Assembly: GCA_024720975.1 (NCBI GenBank)
Contig: JANJXX010000002.1
Location: 96,001-160,000 of the forward strand
Source of the DNA: Thermoproteota archaeon
GTDB lineage: Archaea; Asgardarchaeota; Njordarchaeia; Njordarchaeales; Panguiarchaeaceae
Direction: 5' to 3'
Length of the DNA stretch: 64,000 bases
This document shows, in pieces, positions 38,197 through 48,911 of the stretch (positions within the stretch are counted from its first letter, which is position 1; the number at the start of each line of letters is the position of its first letter). Below the pieces are notes generated by a model that ran no database searches, was not told the DNA's origin, and saw nothing but the letters and a program-made list of their open reading frames with translations. The position numbers were made by a program, and so were the translations under genes.

Positions 38197-39127
38197 TCTT
38201 ATCACCCATCATTTCCAAAATCTTGCTCACGATTAATCGCGAAACTGAGAGTTCATCGCGCACAAAAGGATTGCTGACTGTATCCGTTGTTGCCATTTCG
38301 TCAACACCGCTTAGTAATAACCTATTGGCGGCGTCTTCTAGGAAAAGGCCATGGGTTCCATACACAGCAATTTTACCTTTGAAACCTTCCCCGCGCAACC
38401 ATTTAGCTACATTTGCTATTGTTCCCCCTGTAGCTATTATATCATCTAGAACAATAAAGCACTTGATATAATTAATGGCAGTCTTTATTGATTCCTGATC
38501 AATGGGGCTATGTCCTAAGATTTTGCCTGTCTTAGGATCACGACGCTTTTCGAATACGTAATATTCGACCCCCGCGTAATCAGATACCTTCCTAACAAAA
38601 CTTTCCCGTCCGCGGTCAGGTGCAATTATAGCAACTTCATCGCGGTGGTATTTGCTTGCAATATAATCGGCCCATAGTCTCTCTGTTGTTACATTTAATA
38701 CGCTACTTCCAAATTGTTTGAAAGCATTTTCATTATGAACATCAACGGTTATCAGCTTGCTGACACCTAATAGGAAAAATGTCTTAACTAGTGTAGTTGC
38801 GGAAATGGCCTCACCAGGCAGGAATCTTTTATCTTGCCGTGCGTAGGGGAGGTAAGGCCAAACTAATATTATGTCCTCAATACCAAGATCCTTAAGAGTA
38901 TCTACTATCAGAATTCCACGAAATATATTGGCATTTTGTTCCGGAAAGCCTCTTAAAATGACAGTGTAAGTTCCCTTCTCTACCTCATTACAAAATCTTA
39001 TATACTCTTCGCCATCCGGAAAAGTTTTATGCTCAATGCTAATTATTTTGAAGTTATGCTGCACAAAAGGCTCGATTTTAAATTGTTCATAAAGCGGATC
39101 TTTGACGACATACATGCGCATGTTCAT
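38180..39127 (-). CDS. prs: Ribose-phosphate pyrophosphokinase
   Basis: FPDGE, PYLPYARQDKRF..GE, DVH, APD, LDDIIATGGT, THG. Confidence 0.93.
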   Translation of the reverse strand: MNMRMYVVKDPLYEQFKIEPFVQHNFKIISIEHKTFPDGEEYIRFCNEVEKGTYTVILRGFPEQNANIFRGILIVDTLKDLGIEDIILVWPYLPYARQDKRFLPGEAISATTLVKTFFLLGVSKLITVDVHNENAFKQFGSSVLNVTTERLWADYIASKYHRDEVAIIAPDRGRESFVRKVSDYAGVEYYVFEKRRDPKTGKILGHSPIDQESIKTAINYIKCFIVLDDIIATGGTIANVAKWLRGEGFKGKIAVYGTHGLFLEDAANRLLLSGVDEMATTDTVSNPFVRDELSVSRLIVSKILEMMGDKNGKFE

Positions 39128-39250
39128 CACCGTAATACTAAACTTATTAATTGGCAGTGAGTGTTGACTAATGCTTATGAAACACAATGTAGTGATACTA
39201 TACACAATTATGATACTTGATAGGCTATTTGCCAGCTACCTATACGAAAT

Positions 39251-42200
39251 ATGGTGCAAAAATTGGATGAAAAAGCCATTAAACTCCAAATACCACCTAA
39301 TCTAAAATATCCTGAGAGCTATAAACCATACTTTGAGGAACTCATAGAAAAAACACAAGATGCGTATAGAGTAGCATTAGAAGCTAGAAGCAAAGGTTAT
39401 GACCCGCATACTAGACCTGAAATATCACTAGCCTTTGACCTAGCATCGAGAGTAGAAGCGTTAGTGGGACCAAAGGGTATAAGCGAACGGATAAGAGAGC
39501 TTCAAATGTCTGGTAAAGAGCTTGAGGAAATAGCGATTATAATAGCCAGCGAAATAGCCTCTGGTGCTTGGGAGTTACCAGAAAAAAACCCTGAAGCCGT
39601 CGCTGAGCAAGCATTGAGAACTTCACTTGCTATTGTCACTAATGGCGTTGTAGCAGCGCCTTTAGAAGGAATAGTCGCGGTTAAAATACGACCCGAAAAT
39701 CACATGGCAGTATTCTATGCTGGACCCATACGATCAGCAGGTGGGACCGAAACCGCAATGAGTGTTCTACTGGCAGACATTATTAGAAGAACACTAGGGC
39801 TATCAAAATATAAAGCAACACAAGAAGAAATCGAGAGAATGGTTGAGGAAATATTTCTCTATGACAGATATAGCAACCTGCAGCACCCTCCAAATCGAGA
39901 GGAAATTGTCTTTACCATGCAAAATATTCCCATAGAAGTCAATGGTGAAGGGATCGACAAAGAGGTCCAGATGTATCGTAAAGTGAGATATGTAGATACA
40001 CCAAAAATACGCGGAGGCGCGGTTCTAGTTATAAATGATGGACTAATAGCAAAAGCGAAAAAATTACTCAAGATCATTAGAAAATTTAATATAGATGGTT
40101 GGAATTGGTTGGAAGATCTTACAAAAACGAGTGACTCCAAGAACAGTAATGAAGAAACTAAACAATCAGAAAATAGCAAAAGTGCTGCAGACAAGAGATT
40201 CAGAGTAGAACCAAATTACGCATACATGAATGAAATCGTCATAGGCCGGCCAATATTTGCTTCTCCTATGAAGCACGGTGGATTCAGATTAAGGTACGGA
40301 AGATCAAGAAATACCGGTTTAGCTGCAGTAGGTGTACATCCGGCTACGATGTACATTCTTGAAGAGTTCTTAGCCATATGCACGCAAATAAAGCCAGAAA
40401 GGCCAGGAAAAGGCGCTATAGTCACTCCAGTTGATTGCATAGAGCCACCGGTCGTGTTACTTAAAGATGGCTCAGTCATTAAAGTTGAAACCATCGAGGA
40501 AGCACAAAAAATACGTGAATACATCGAAAAGATATTGTTCTTAGGAGATATGCTCATAGGGATCGGAGAGTTCCTGGAAAATAATCACGTGATTCTGCCT
40601 TCGCCTATCGTTGATGATTGGTGGGAGAAAGAGCTATTAGAAAGACTTTCACAAATAAACGAAAGCGCAAAATTTTTAGAGTACAAGGAGAAATCTTTGA
40701 AGGATCCTGAATTCATGGCCAAACTATCAGAAAAATTAGCTATTCCATGGCATCCTCGTTACACCTACTTCTGGAAAAATATATCAAAGGATGAATTAAT
40801 TTACCTAGCCGAAAGAATTGCGAATTCACCAACTACTACAATTAACTTTGACGCATTGCTAAAAAAGATTCTAGAAAAACTTCTAGTAGAGCACAAGATT
40901 ATTAATGGCAGCATCGTAATTAAGCCTGAGGATTTTGCTGCTCTTAAGATAATAGCCGATAAGGTGCTCGATAACAAAGAAAAAATTAAACTAACATATA
41001 TCAATGCGCTAGAGGTGTTGCAAGAAATAGGACTTAAGATCTACGATAAGTACACCATTTTCATTGGAGCTCGGATGGGAAGACCCGAAAAGGCAAAGCG
41101 ACGAGAAATGAAACCACTTGTGCATGTACTATTTCCTATCGGAGAGGCGGGAAAAACCACACGATCAGCGATACAAGCTATGGACAAAGAAAAGGTTTTC
41201 GAAATCGAAGCAAGTAGTATGTTCTGCAAAAAGTGCCGAAAGTTAACGTTTTATCCATTTTGCCCATCTTGCAAATCACGTACAGTTCCTGTATTTGTAT
41301 GCACAAACTGCAAACAAATATTCACGCAACCCACTAAAAAATGCACGAAATGCAACAATCGAGTCTTGCCGTACACCAGATTCCAGGTAGATTTTAAGCA
41401 ATTGCTAGCTGAGATTGAAGGGATACATGGAATAAAACCACCAAAAGATCTTAGATGTGTGATAGGCCTTATATCCAAAAGAAAAATGCCAGAATACTTA
41501 GCAAAAGGCATACTAAGAGCGAAGTATGATCTATCAGTTTTCCGAGACGGAACTATACGGTTTGATGCCACAGACGCTCCGTTAACACACTTTAAGCCGG
41601 TAGAAATTGGGGTTTCTGTAGAAAAATTAAGAGAATTAGGATATACTCATGACATATACGGAAAGCCTCTAGAAGACTGTAACCAGATCCTGGAGTTGAA
41701 AGTTCAAGACATCATAATAAGCGAAACTGCTGCTGACTATCTCGTCAGAGTAGCACAATTCGTTGACGAACTTCTGGTAAAAGTCTATGGTCTCAAACCC
41801 TACTATAATGCTAAGGATAGATACAGCCTGCTGGGGCACCTAGTTATTGGTCTCGCACCCCATACATCGGCGGGAATATTGGGCCGTATTGTAGGATTTA
41901 CGAAAGCAAAATGCATCTTTGCCCATCCATATTGGCATGCAGCTAAAAGAAGAAACTGCGACGGTGATGAGGACTCAATAATGCTTCTACTCGATGCTCT
42001 TATTAACTTCTCGAAGGAGTACCTACCGAAAAGCCGGGGCGGAAAGATGGACGCTCCTCTCATAGTGACAGTAATATTAAACCCCTTGGAGGTTGATTCC
42101 GAAGTTTACAATCTGGACACAATGAGAGAAATACCGCTCGAATTTTATAGAAAATCACTTAATTATCCCGAGCCCTCTGAAATTGAAAGCATCATAAACA

Positions 42201-42799
42201 ATGTTGAGAAGAGATTAAACACACCAGAGCAGTATGTAAATCTTCATTTTTCAGTAGATACCTCCCAGATAGATCTAGGACCTATAACCACCGCCTATTC
42301 TAGAACTAGAAGCATATTAGATAAGCTTACAAAGCAAATAAATCTAATGAAGAAAATCGCCGCCGTAGATTATGCAGATTCCGTCGGAAGGATTCTAGAC
42401 GGTCACATCCTCAGGGATATTTTTGGTAACTTAAGGTCGTTTGGTACACAAACATTCAAGTGCACGAAATGCAGAAGGACTTACAGAAGAATGCCCATAA
42501 CTGGCAAATGTCCCTCATGTGGAAATACTCTTCAGCTATCAGTATATATAAACATGATTCTGAAGTTCTTTAATACAGCTAACGAGATAGTCGACAACAT
42601 GAGTGAAGAAGATTATAGATCGCAACAATTTAGCAGATTCCTAGCAACGGATTATAGAGTTTTACGCCCAGCTATAAAAGATTTGGCTGAGACATTAGCA
42701 AGTAATGATCTTGAAAACAATAATATTAGAAGGAACAAAAACGAAAATACTGCAGTAGTAAGGAAAATAAAGGTGAATCTATCAGACTTTTTCAGCTGA
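39251..42799 (+). CDS. polC: DNA polymerase D large subunit DP2
   Basis: AGPIRSAGGT, GFRLRYGR, RMGRPEKA, KRRNCDGDED catalytic motif, Zn ribbons. No intein seen. Confidence 0.97.
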   Translation: MVQKLDEKAIKLQIPPNLKYPESYKPYFEELIEKTQDAYRVALEARSKGYDPHTRPEISLAFDLASRVEALVGPKGISERIRELQMSGKELEEIAIIIASEIASGAWELPEKNPEAVAEQALRTSLAIVTNGVVAAPLEGIVAVKIRPENHMAVFYAGPIRSAGGTETAMSVLLADIIRRTLGLSKYKATQEEIERMVEEIFLYDRYSNLQHPPNREEIVFTMQNIPIEVNGEGIDKEVQMYRKVRYVDTPKIRGGAVLVINDGLIAKAKKLLKIIRKFNIDGWNWLEDLTKTSDSKNSNEETKQSENSKSAADKRFRVEPNYAYMNEIVIGRPIFASPMKHGGFRLRYGRSRNTGLAAVGVHPATMYILEEFLAICTQIKPERPGKGAIVTPVDCIEPPVVLLKDGSVIKVETIEEAQKIREYIEKILFLGDMLIGIGEFLENNHVILPSPIVDDWWEKELLERLSQINESAKFLEYKEKSLKDPEFMAKLSEKLAIPWHPRYTYFWKNISKDELIYLAERIANSPTTTINFDALLKKILEKLLVEHKIINGSIVIKPEDFAALKIIADKVLDNKEKIKLTYINALEVLQEIGLKIYDKYTIFIGARMGRPEKAKRREMKPLVHVLFPIGEAGKTTRSAIQAMDKEKVFEIEASSMFCKKCRKLTFYPFCPSCKSRTVPVFVCTNCKQIFTQPTKKCTKCNNRVLPYTRFQVDFKQLLAEIEGIHGIKPPKDLRCVIGLISKRKMPEYLAKGILRAKYDLSVFRDGTIRFDATDAPLTHFKPVEIGVSVEKLRELGYTHDIYGKPLEDCNQILELKVQDIIISETAADYLVRVAQFVDELLVKVYGLKPYYNAKDRYSLLGHLVIGLAPHTSAGILGRIVGFTKAKCIFAHPYWHAAKRRNCDGDEDSIMLLLDALINFSKEYLPKSRGGKMDAPLIVTVILNPLEVDSEVYNLDTMREIPLEFYRKSLNYPEPSEIESIINNVEKRLNTPEQYVNLHFSVDTSQIDLGPITTAYSRTRSILDKLTKQINLMKKIAAVDYADSVGRILDGHILRDIFGNLRSFGTQTFKCTKCRRTYRRMPITGKCPSCGNTLQLSVYINMILKFFNTANEIVDNMSEEDYRSQQFSRFLATDYRVLRPAIKDLAETLASNDLENNNIRRNKNENTAVVRKIKVNLSDFFS

Positions 42800-42871
42800 C
42801 TTTGAAAGCTGCTTCATTATTTTGCCATCGATCTGGTTTTTAACTAATTAGAAAAATAATGAAGTTGTTGT

Positions 42872-43861
42872 CTATTTCATGCCCGCGAGTTTAAGAAGAT
42901 ATTCCCAATCCCTGTCGACTTTTCTTTGAATTTCACTTATTATGTCATCTCTTCTAGTAGGTGTGAATAGATGACTAAAGCGTCCTTGTAACTTTAAGTA
43001 CTCCTCCACAGGAACCTTTTTCTCCGGGTTTCGAGCGATTTCAAGAGATTTATCTGTTATCCTGTACTCCTTATTCTCAGGATCAAATTCCCAGAGCGGA
43101 TGAAGGCATGTTTCCGTCGCTAACCTTGAGACGGTCATTGTTATTTTTGAACTATGATACCAACCCCTTGGACAAATTGATATCGCATGAATAAACGCGG
43201 GGCCATTATACTCAGCAGCGACTCTGACCTTCTTAACGAAGTCGATCCAGAAGTATGGATTTGCTGTTGCAACGTACGCATTGCCGTGTGCAGCGATTAT
43301 AAATCCGATTGGTTTTTTCCACTCCAATTTTCCAGGAATCACTACTCCTGCGGGGGTTGTAGTAGTCTGAGCAAACTGCGGCGTTGAGGAACATCTCTGA
43401 ATTCCAGTGTTCATGTATGCTTCATTATCATACAGAATGTAAACGAATTTGTGACCTCGCTCGACCGCACCACTTAGTGATTGTAGGCCGATATCATAAG
43501 TCCCACCATCACCACCAAAAACTAGGACTATAGGCAGATCATCTTTCCATACTGCCTTGGCTTTCAGAGCCTTGAATGCAGCTTCGATGCCCGAGGCAGT
43601 GGCAGCAGCATTTTCAAATGCATTGTGTATCCATGGTCGCTTCCAGGAGGTATATGGGTATATCGTACTTGCTACTTCAAGGCAGCCAGTAGCATTCACG
43701 ATGACTACATTTTCAGGATTAGGTAATGCTTTTAATGCTAACTTTACTATTACTGGAGCGGCACAACCTGCACACATTCTATGACCTGAGATGAAGTAGT
43801 CAGGTTTCTTAGCGAGTTCTATCGGTATCGGAGTCCACTTTAAATCTTTCACTCCTACCAT
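42872..43861 (-). CDS. porB: Pyruvate:ferredoxin oxidoreductase beta subunit
   Basis: CAGC, TGC, GGDG...DNEAYMNTG TPP motif. Confidence 0.94.
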   Translation of the reverse strand: MVGVKDLKWTPIPIELAKKPDYFISGHRMCAGCAAPVIVKLALKALPNPENVVIVNATGCLEVASTIYPYTSWKRPWIHNAFENAAATASGIEAAFKALKAKAVWKDDLPIVLVFGGDGGTYDIGLQSLSGAVERGHKFVYILYDNEAYMNTGIQRCSSTPQFAQTTTTPAGVVIPGKLEWKKPIGFIIAAHGNAYVATANPYFWIDFVKKVRVAAEYNGPAFIHAISICPRGWYHSSKITMTVSRLATETCLHPLWEFDPENKEYRITDKSLEIARNPEKKVPVEEYLKLQGRFSHLFTPTRRDDIISEIQRKVDRDWEYLLKLAGMK

Positions 43862-43874
43862 CTTACACCACCAT

Positions 43875-45122
43875 TCATTCTCTGACTCCGATGTATTTTT
43901 TAATGAACGGTTTCTCCTTACCTTCTTTTATTCGGATTAGTTCCTCAAAGGTTTTCTCAGCAAGCTCAGGTGTTAAGTCTCTTCCACCAAGACCGAATAT
44001 ATATGTGACTGTATTCTTAGGTCTATTTTTCGAATAGTACAAAGCTGATAGGACCTCAAGAGACAAGGGGCCCACCATAGCACCTGCATCTTGGGCTCTA
44101 TCAAACACAGCAACGACTTCTTTATTCTCAAGTAACTTTTGAACCTCTTCCCACGGAAATGGTCTAAACATGCGCACTTTGAGTATACCTATCTTAGTCC
44201 CCCTCTCTCTATACTTTCGAGCAACCCATCTTAGCGTTCCTGCAGCGCTACCCATAACAACTGCAACTATATCAGCATCATCTACATTCCAGGGAACTAA
44301 ACGACCATTTCCATATAGTCTTCCGCTTAACTCGTAATACTCTTTGTTGACTCTTTCGACGATCTCTGGGACTGCTTTCATCGCTTCAATTTGTTGTCTC
44401 TTAAACTCAAAGTAGTAGTCATAATAGCAGAATGGCCCGAAGGTTAAGGGTATCTTATTCCTAGGATTTAATGACAGTTCTACCTCCTCACCCATAAGCT
44501 TTATTCTGGCCACAGGTCTTACTTCTCCCACGAAATCTTTAACAATTTTAGGATTTCCAAAGACTTTAAGATTCATCGCCGTATGCGATACTAAGAAGCC
44601 ATCCAGACATACCATTGTTGGAAGGAGGACGTCAGGGTTCTCGGAAATTTTAAAAGCTTGAATTGTTGTGTCGTAGGCTTCTTGCGCGTCCTCAGTAAAA
44701 AGCATTATCCAGCCAGCATCGCGCTGACCCATGGCATCAGTATGATCACAGTGTATGTTAATTGGTCCAGAAACAGCTCTATTAGCGACAGCCATCATAA
44801 CAGGAAGTCTCATAGATGAAACTATGTAGAGAATTTCGTGCATGAGTTGAAGTCCATTGGCCGCTGTAGCAGTCGCCGTTCTCGCACCCGCAGCTGCTGC
44901 ACCAACCATTGCAGAGATTGCGCTATGCTCGCTCTCAACATTTATAAACTGCGTTCTAACTTCGCCATTTGCAACAAACTCTGCAAATTTCTCCACAATA
45001 AGTGTCTGGGGAGTTATAGGAAATGCCGCTACAACGTCCGGCTCTACATGCTTCCAGGCCCATGCAACTGCAAAATCTCCGTTCAAGAGCATCTCTACTT
45101 GTTCTTCAACCATGAATATCAC
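43875..45122 (-). CDS. porA: Pyruvate:ferredoxin oxidoreductase alpha subunit
   Basis: FPITPQT, ESEHSA, NIHCDH, FRPFP, GLGGRD. Confidence 0.94.
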   Translation of the reverse strand: MIFMVEEQVEMLLNGDFAVAWAWKHVEPDVVAAFPITPQTLIVEKFAEFVANGEVRTQFINVESEHSAISAMVGAAAAGARTATATAANGLQLMHEILYIVSSMRLPVMMAVANRAVSGPINIHCDHTDAMGQRDAGWIMLFTEDAQEAYDTTIQAFKISENPDVLLPTMVCLDGFLVSHTAMNLKVFGNPKIVKDFVGEVRPVARIKLMGEEVELSLNPRNKIPLTFGPFCYYDYYFEFKRQQIEAMKAVPEIVERVNKEYYELSGRLYGNGRLVPWNVDDADIVAVVMGSAAGTLRWVARKYRERGTKIGILKVRMFRPFPWEEVQKLLENKEVVAVFDRAQDAGAMVGPLSLEVLSALYYSKNRPKNTVTYIFGLGGRDLTPELAEKTFEELIRIKEGKEKPFIKKYIGVRE

Positions 45123-45421
45123 CTTTTCTCAAGCTCCATATTTATTGCTTTTACCGGACAAACTTCAGCACAAATGCCACATCCTTTGCAAAATTCATAA
45201 TCAACCTCAACCTTTTCAGGCCTGGAACCATCAGACGTCCAGTTGATTTTTATTGACATCTCAGGACAATATATGTAGCAGAATAGACACTTTACGCACT
45301 TATTATGATTGATAATTGGTCTCTCACTGCGCCAATCTCCTGTCTTGTACTCTGTAGAGAACTTCCAGGGTATGCCAGCAATTGGAATCTCATGCCACTT
45401 TTTAAGCTCCCCACCACTCAC
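45119..45421 (-). CDS. porD: 2-oxoacid:ferredoxin oxidoreductase delta subunit
   Basis: KTGDWR and two CxxCxxCxxxCP ferredoxin motifs. Confidence 0.94.
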   Translation of the reverse strand: MSGGELKKWHEIPIAGIPWKFSTEYKTGDWRSERPIINHNKCVKCLFCYIYCPEMSIKINWTSDGSRPEKVEVDYEFCKGCGICAEVCPVKAINMELEKR

Positions 45422-46017
45422 TCTCCTCTCACCTCTTTATATGCCCTTTCAACAGCATCGATATTACCCTTTACAATAGCCTCAGAATACCTACCACCTA
45501 AGACTTCTCTGACAGCATAGATTAAATCATTGAGAGATAAATACTTCACTCCTAGCTCCTCAAGAACTTTGATAACACTTCCTAGTATCGCCGTGTTCGC
45601 TATGGGTCTTTTTAGAGTTTCTAAGGCTATTCTGGTCCCATCCACGGTATAGATCTTAACGCTTTCCGGAATCCCAAGCTTTTTCTTGAGTTCGGCTGGA
45701 CTTTCGGAAGTATTAATCACAATAGCACCCTTATCCCTAATGAAATCCTTTGCCATATGCGATAAAGTACCATCAACTACTGCAACAATCTCAGCCTGCG
45801 TTATTCCAGCGTGAATTTCAATCGGTTTATCGTGAATTCGAGCGTAAGCTTTCACGGGCGCACCCGAGCGCTCTGGGCCAAATTCTGGAAATGACTGCGC
45901 ATACTTTCCAGCGCGCAAAGCCGCTTGAGCGATCAGTATACTACTTGTCCACGCACCCTGTCCACCACGGGCTAGAAATACGATCTCAAATGGCTTATCT
46001 TCCTGCATTTTGTACAA
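45418..46017 (-). CDS. porG: 2-oxoacid:ferredoxin oxidoreductase gamma subunit
   Basis: RGGQG, FPEFGPERSGAPV, NTAILG. Confidence 0.94.
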   Translation of the reverse strand: MYKMQEDKPFEIVFLARGGQGAWTSSILIAQAALRAGKYAQSFPEFGPERSGAPVKAYARIHDKPIEIHAGITQAEIVAVVDGTLSHMAKDFIRDKGAIVINTSESPAELKKKLGIPESVKIYTVDGTRIALETLKRPIANTAILGSVIKVLEELGVKYLSLNDLIYAVREVLGGRYSEAIVKGNIDAVERAYKEVRGE

Positions 46018-46248
46018 ACCTTTAGAACGTTCCAGTGAACTAAGAAAAAATTCGACTATTATTATCTAACAATATATAAAAGCCGCCTCAATGAGGGCCC
46101 ATTAACCTTGCTTAGTATGTCAAGCATATTAAAGATTAGTGGCTTCTAACATTGCAAATGCGTCTAGGCATTTGGGGCTAAGAGGCTTGGCCTATCAACC
46201 GAAGAGAAGATACTATGCAGAACCGTTTGGTAATATTAATCTGAGAGA

Positions 46249-46331
46249 TGCGGGGGGCGGGATTCGAACCCGCGTAGGCATTCGCCACAGGGTCCTCAAC
46301 CCTGCCCGTTTGACCACTCCGGAACCCCCGC
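46249..46331 (-). tRNA. tRNA-Leu(GAG)
   Basis: Reverse complement GCGGGGG...CAGGG-TTGAGGA-CCCTG, long variable arm, GGTTCGAATCC, discriminator A. Confidence 0.95.
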
Positions 46332-46472
46332 ATGTCGTTAAAAGCTTGAGTAAGATTTATATCAAACCCAAGCTTAAATTTATGAAAGCATTAGTTATTT
46401 AAAATAGTGCACTTTCATGCATGTTGCTTCGCCTTTATCGAACTTCCCTCATACCACTCTAAGGGGTCCTGC

Positions 46473-48911
46473 TTGGTTTCTAAAAGTTTTGAGCTCATTA
46501 AATACCTGTTAGGGGACGACATTATAACTGAAATCGAACACGGCACACACAGGAAAAAAATAGCTATGAAGCTCTTAGATAATTTACACCTTCTAAGGCT
46601 ATTTCCACCTCTTAGGGATCTTCTTCCTGCTCTTGCAGCATCTCTCTTCGAGCCCCCTACTCATAGATTAACCCTCATAGAAAAATTTATAATAGAAAGA
46701 GGGCTACTCTCACGAGTATGGATTAAGGATACAGCCACCGAAGAACTCCTTGGAAAGACCATTAAATTAATACAAGATCTTAGTCATGATACCCTGCTGA
46801 AGATATTGGCTGTGATCATGAAGAACTACGCTACAACAAGCGAACTAGAATCGCGACTCGATCATCTTATTGATATGACTTTTACTCTGTATGCTCGCGC
46901 AGGGAAGTTCGATCTAACCGCACCCAAACTTTTTCCATCACCAAAATTTTTATCAGAAATTACAAAGTGCAAAGAACTTGAGGCAAATCCTGATGAAATT
47001 ATTAACGAGGCTATAAGGACTACATGCAGAATCCTGCCCAAGCGTCTGCTTAGTTATTTGGACTTTGCACTCAGAATCTTAACTGGTATAAGCTTGAGGG
47101 AGCTATCTTCAAATACTATATCTAAGTTACTCTTTAGTGAACGATTGGAAGCCATAAAGATTGTATGCATCATCGCGATGCTATACGCCGGATCTTTTTC
47201 TCCTGATAGATTAAGAGAACAAATCAGGCTAAGCCTGTTAGAGTTTCTCATTCGGGAATACATTACATCCAACGACAACATGGTTCATGGCTGGCTAATC
47301 TCGTTACTGTTAACGGTGAGCGCATCTAGAGAAGAGCTACTTAACCTTCTAACAATATATAAGCTCGCTTCAGTCCATGGAGGAAAAGTAATGCTAAGGC
47401 TTCTCGAAACATTATTCGAAAACTCTAATGCCTACCTAATTGCTTGCATGCTAATGCTCTTAACTGCACATCACAACGATGAACTAGAGGCCATAAGCTC
47501 ACTTGCAATTTCAAGAAACAGTACTAGACTTAGGCTTATTAACAGCATACTCATTAAATCCGATCTTAAACCTCACGGATTGACTGCACCTATCCCCTGG
47601 GAGCTATATGGTTCCATCGATAAACTCCTTAGAAGTTGTAAATCAGCGATTACATATTACAAAAATTTATACATCCAGCCACCAAGAAACTTATTAAGAC
47701 TTGACAAATTTCTAGAAAGTGCGAATAACATGATAAACCTCGAGCTTGAGGAGACAACCAACATAGAGGAACTCAAGCAGAAACTTGAACTTACGCTAGA
47801 AACTCTAAGTAGAGGTTATGCTTTCACTAGTGAAATGATAAGAACCTTTGGAATGCTGCCAGGATTCTTCCAAACAATTAATGCTGTAAGGAACACCTGT
47901 AAAAAGCTTAGCGATAGGTGGGAATACACACTTACAAAGGACTATCTAAATTTAGTCACCAAGCATCGAGATTTGTTCACGATATCATCTCTTGATGCTG
48001 TTCAAAGGGAACAGGAACCTATAATCTCCTTAATTATTGATGGCCTCCGCTTCGATGATCTAATTTTGCGGTTACTACCTAAGCTTAAAAAGCGCGGCTT
48101 TAGACTCATACAGGGGGGAGCGAAAATCTCTTTGCTACCATCAATAACGACGGTATCAAGACGAGCTATAATATCTGGAGAACTTCCCCAGCTGCTAGCC
48201 TTCTCTAAAACATCCCTAAAGAGAGAAGACGAAATCCTACTGGGTAGATTCGGACAAAATATCGAGTCTTACTACGGACCAGTGGCAACTGTTTATAGCA
48301 AATTCTCAGAAAGAGAGTATCACTCAAACAAAGTGTTCATAGTACTCAGTGAGCTCGAAAAATCTATGCACGGATCATCAGAAAAAATCCTAGCACATTT
48401 CGTGGATGAATATCTACATAGTATCGTTGAACTGATAATGTATCTAGTAACATCGATTACAAGAAAGCATAAAAAGATACGGATTCTTATATGTTCAGAT
48501 CATGGTCTAAGCGCATTTGTGAAGTTTTATGACTTATCAATTTTCCTAGAAAAGCTAACAAACAAAAAACTCACTGATCCTTCATTGGAGCCGCTAATCA
48601 AGGAACGATTTGCCCTCATTCCATTAAGAAACCCGCAACAGATATTAGAAGCCCAGCAAATTTACAGTTCCGAGGAAGAGTTTCGATACTCGTTTTGGTT
48701 ATTACCTGCAGATAGTCTTGGCTTCAAGGAAATAGAGTTTTATCTGAAAGGAACGAAGACTCTAGCGAAAACTTGTCCCTCATCAAGAGTTGTAATAATA
48801 TTTCCGAAGGGCGACAGGAAACTTATAAGTGGTAAGGGCGCCATATATCACGGAGGTTTATCACCGGATGAAACATTTAGCGCCTATGCCTTACTCTCTT
48901 ATGATGCTTAA
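46473..48911 (+). CDS. PglZ-domain (alkaline phosphatase superfamily) protein
   Basis: C-terminal IIDGLR, LPSIT.VSR.AI, SDHG and HGGLS.DE motifs; long helical N-terminus. The ORF is open from 46407. Confidence 0.85.
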   Translation: MVSKSFELIKYLLGDDIITEIEHGTHRKKIAMKLLDNLHLLRLFPPLRDLLPALAASLFEPPTHRLTLIEKFIIERGLLSRVWIKDTATEELLGKTIKLIQDLSHDTLLKILAVIMKNYATTSELESRLDHLIDMTFTLYARAGKFDLTAPKLFPSPKFLSEITKCKELEANPDEIINEAIRTTCRILPKRLLSYLDFALRILTGISLRELSSNTISKLLFSERLEAIKIVCIIAMLYAGSFSPDRLREQIRLSLLEFLIREYITSNDNMVHGWLISLLLTVSASREELLNLLTIYKLASVHGGKVMLRLLETLFENSNAYLIACMLMLLTAHHNDELEAISSLAISRNSTRLRLINSILIKSDLKPHGLTAPIPWELYGSIDKLLRSCKSAITYYKNLYIQPPRNLLRLDKFLESANNMINLELEETTNIEELKQKLELTLETLSRGYAFTSEMIRTFGMLPGFFQTINAVRNTCKKLSDRWEYTLTKDYLNLVTKHRDLFTISSLDAVQREQEPIISLIIDGLRFDDLILRLLPKLKKRGFRLIQGGAKISLLPSITTVSRRAIISGELPQLLAFSKTSLKREDEILLGRFGQNIESYYGPVATVYSKFSEREYHSNKVFIVLSELEKSMHGSSEKILAHFVDEYLHSIVELIMYLVTSITRKHKKIRILICSDHGLSAFVKFYDLSIFLEKLTNKKLTDPSLEPLIKERFALIPLRNPQQILEAQQIYSSEEEFRYSFWLLPADSLGFKEIEFYLKGTKTLAKTCPSSRVVIIFPKGDRKLISGKGAIYHGGLSPDETFSAYALLSYDA

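Noticed and set aside
46139-46402. 87-aa ORF
   Set aside because: Antisense to tRNA-Leu.
46249-48911. Integrated defence island at tRNA-Leu
   Set aside because: No integrase and no att duplication of the tRNA end seen. PglZ lies on the tRNA 5' side and is followed by housekeeping genes.
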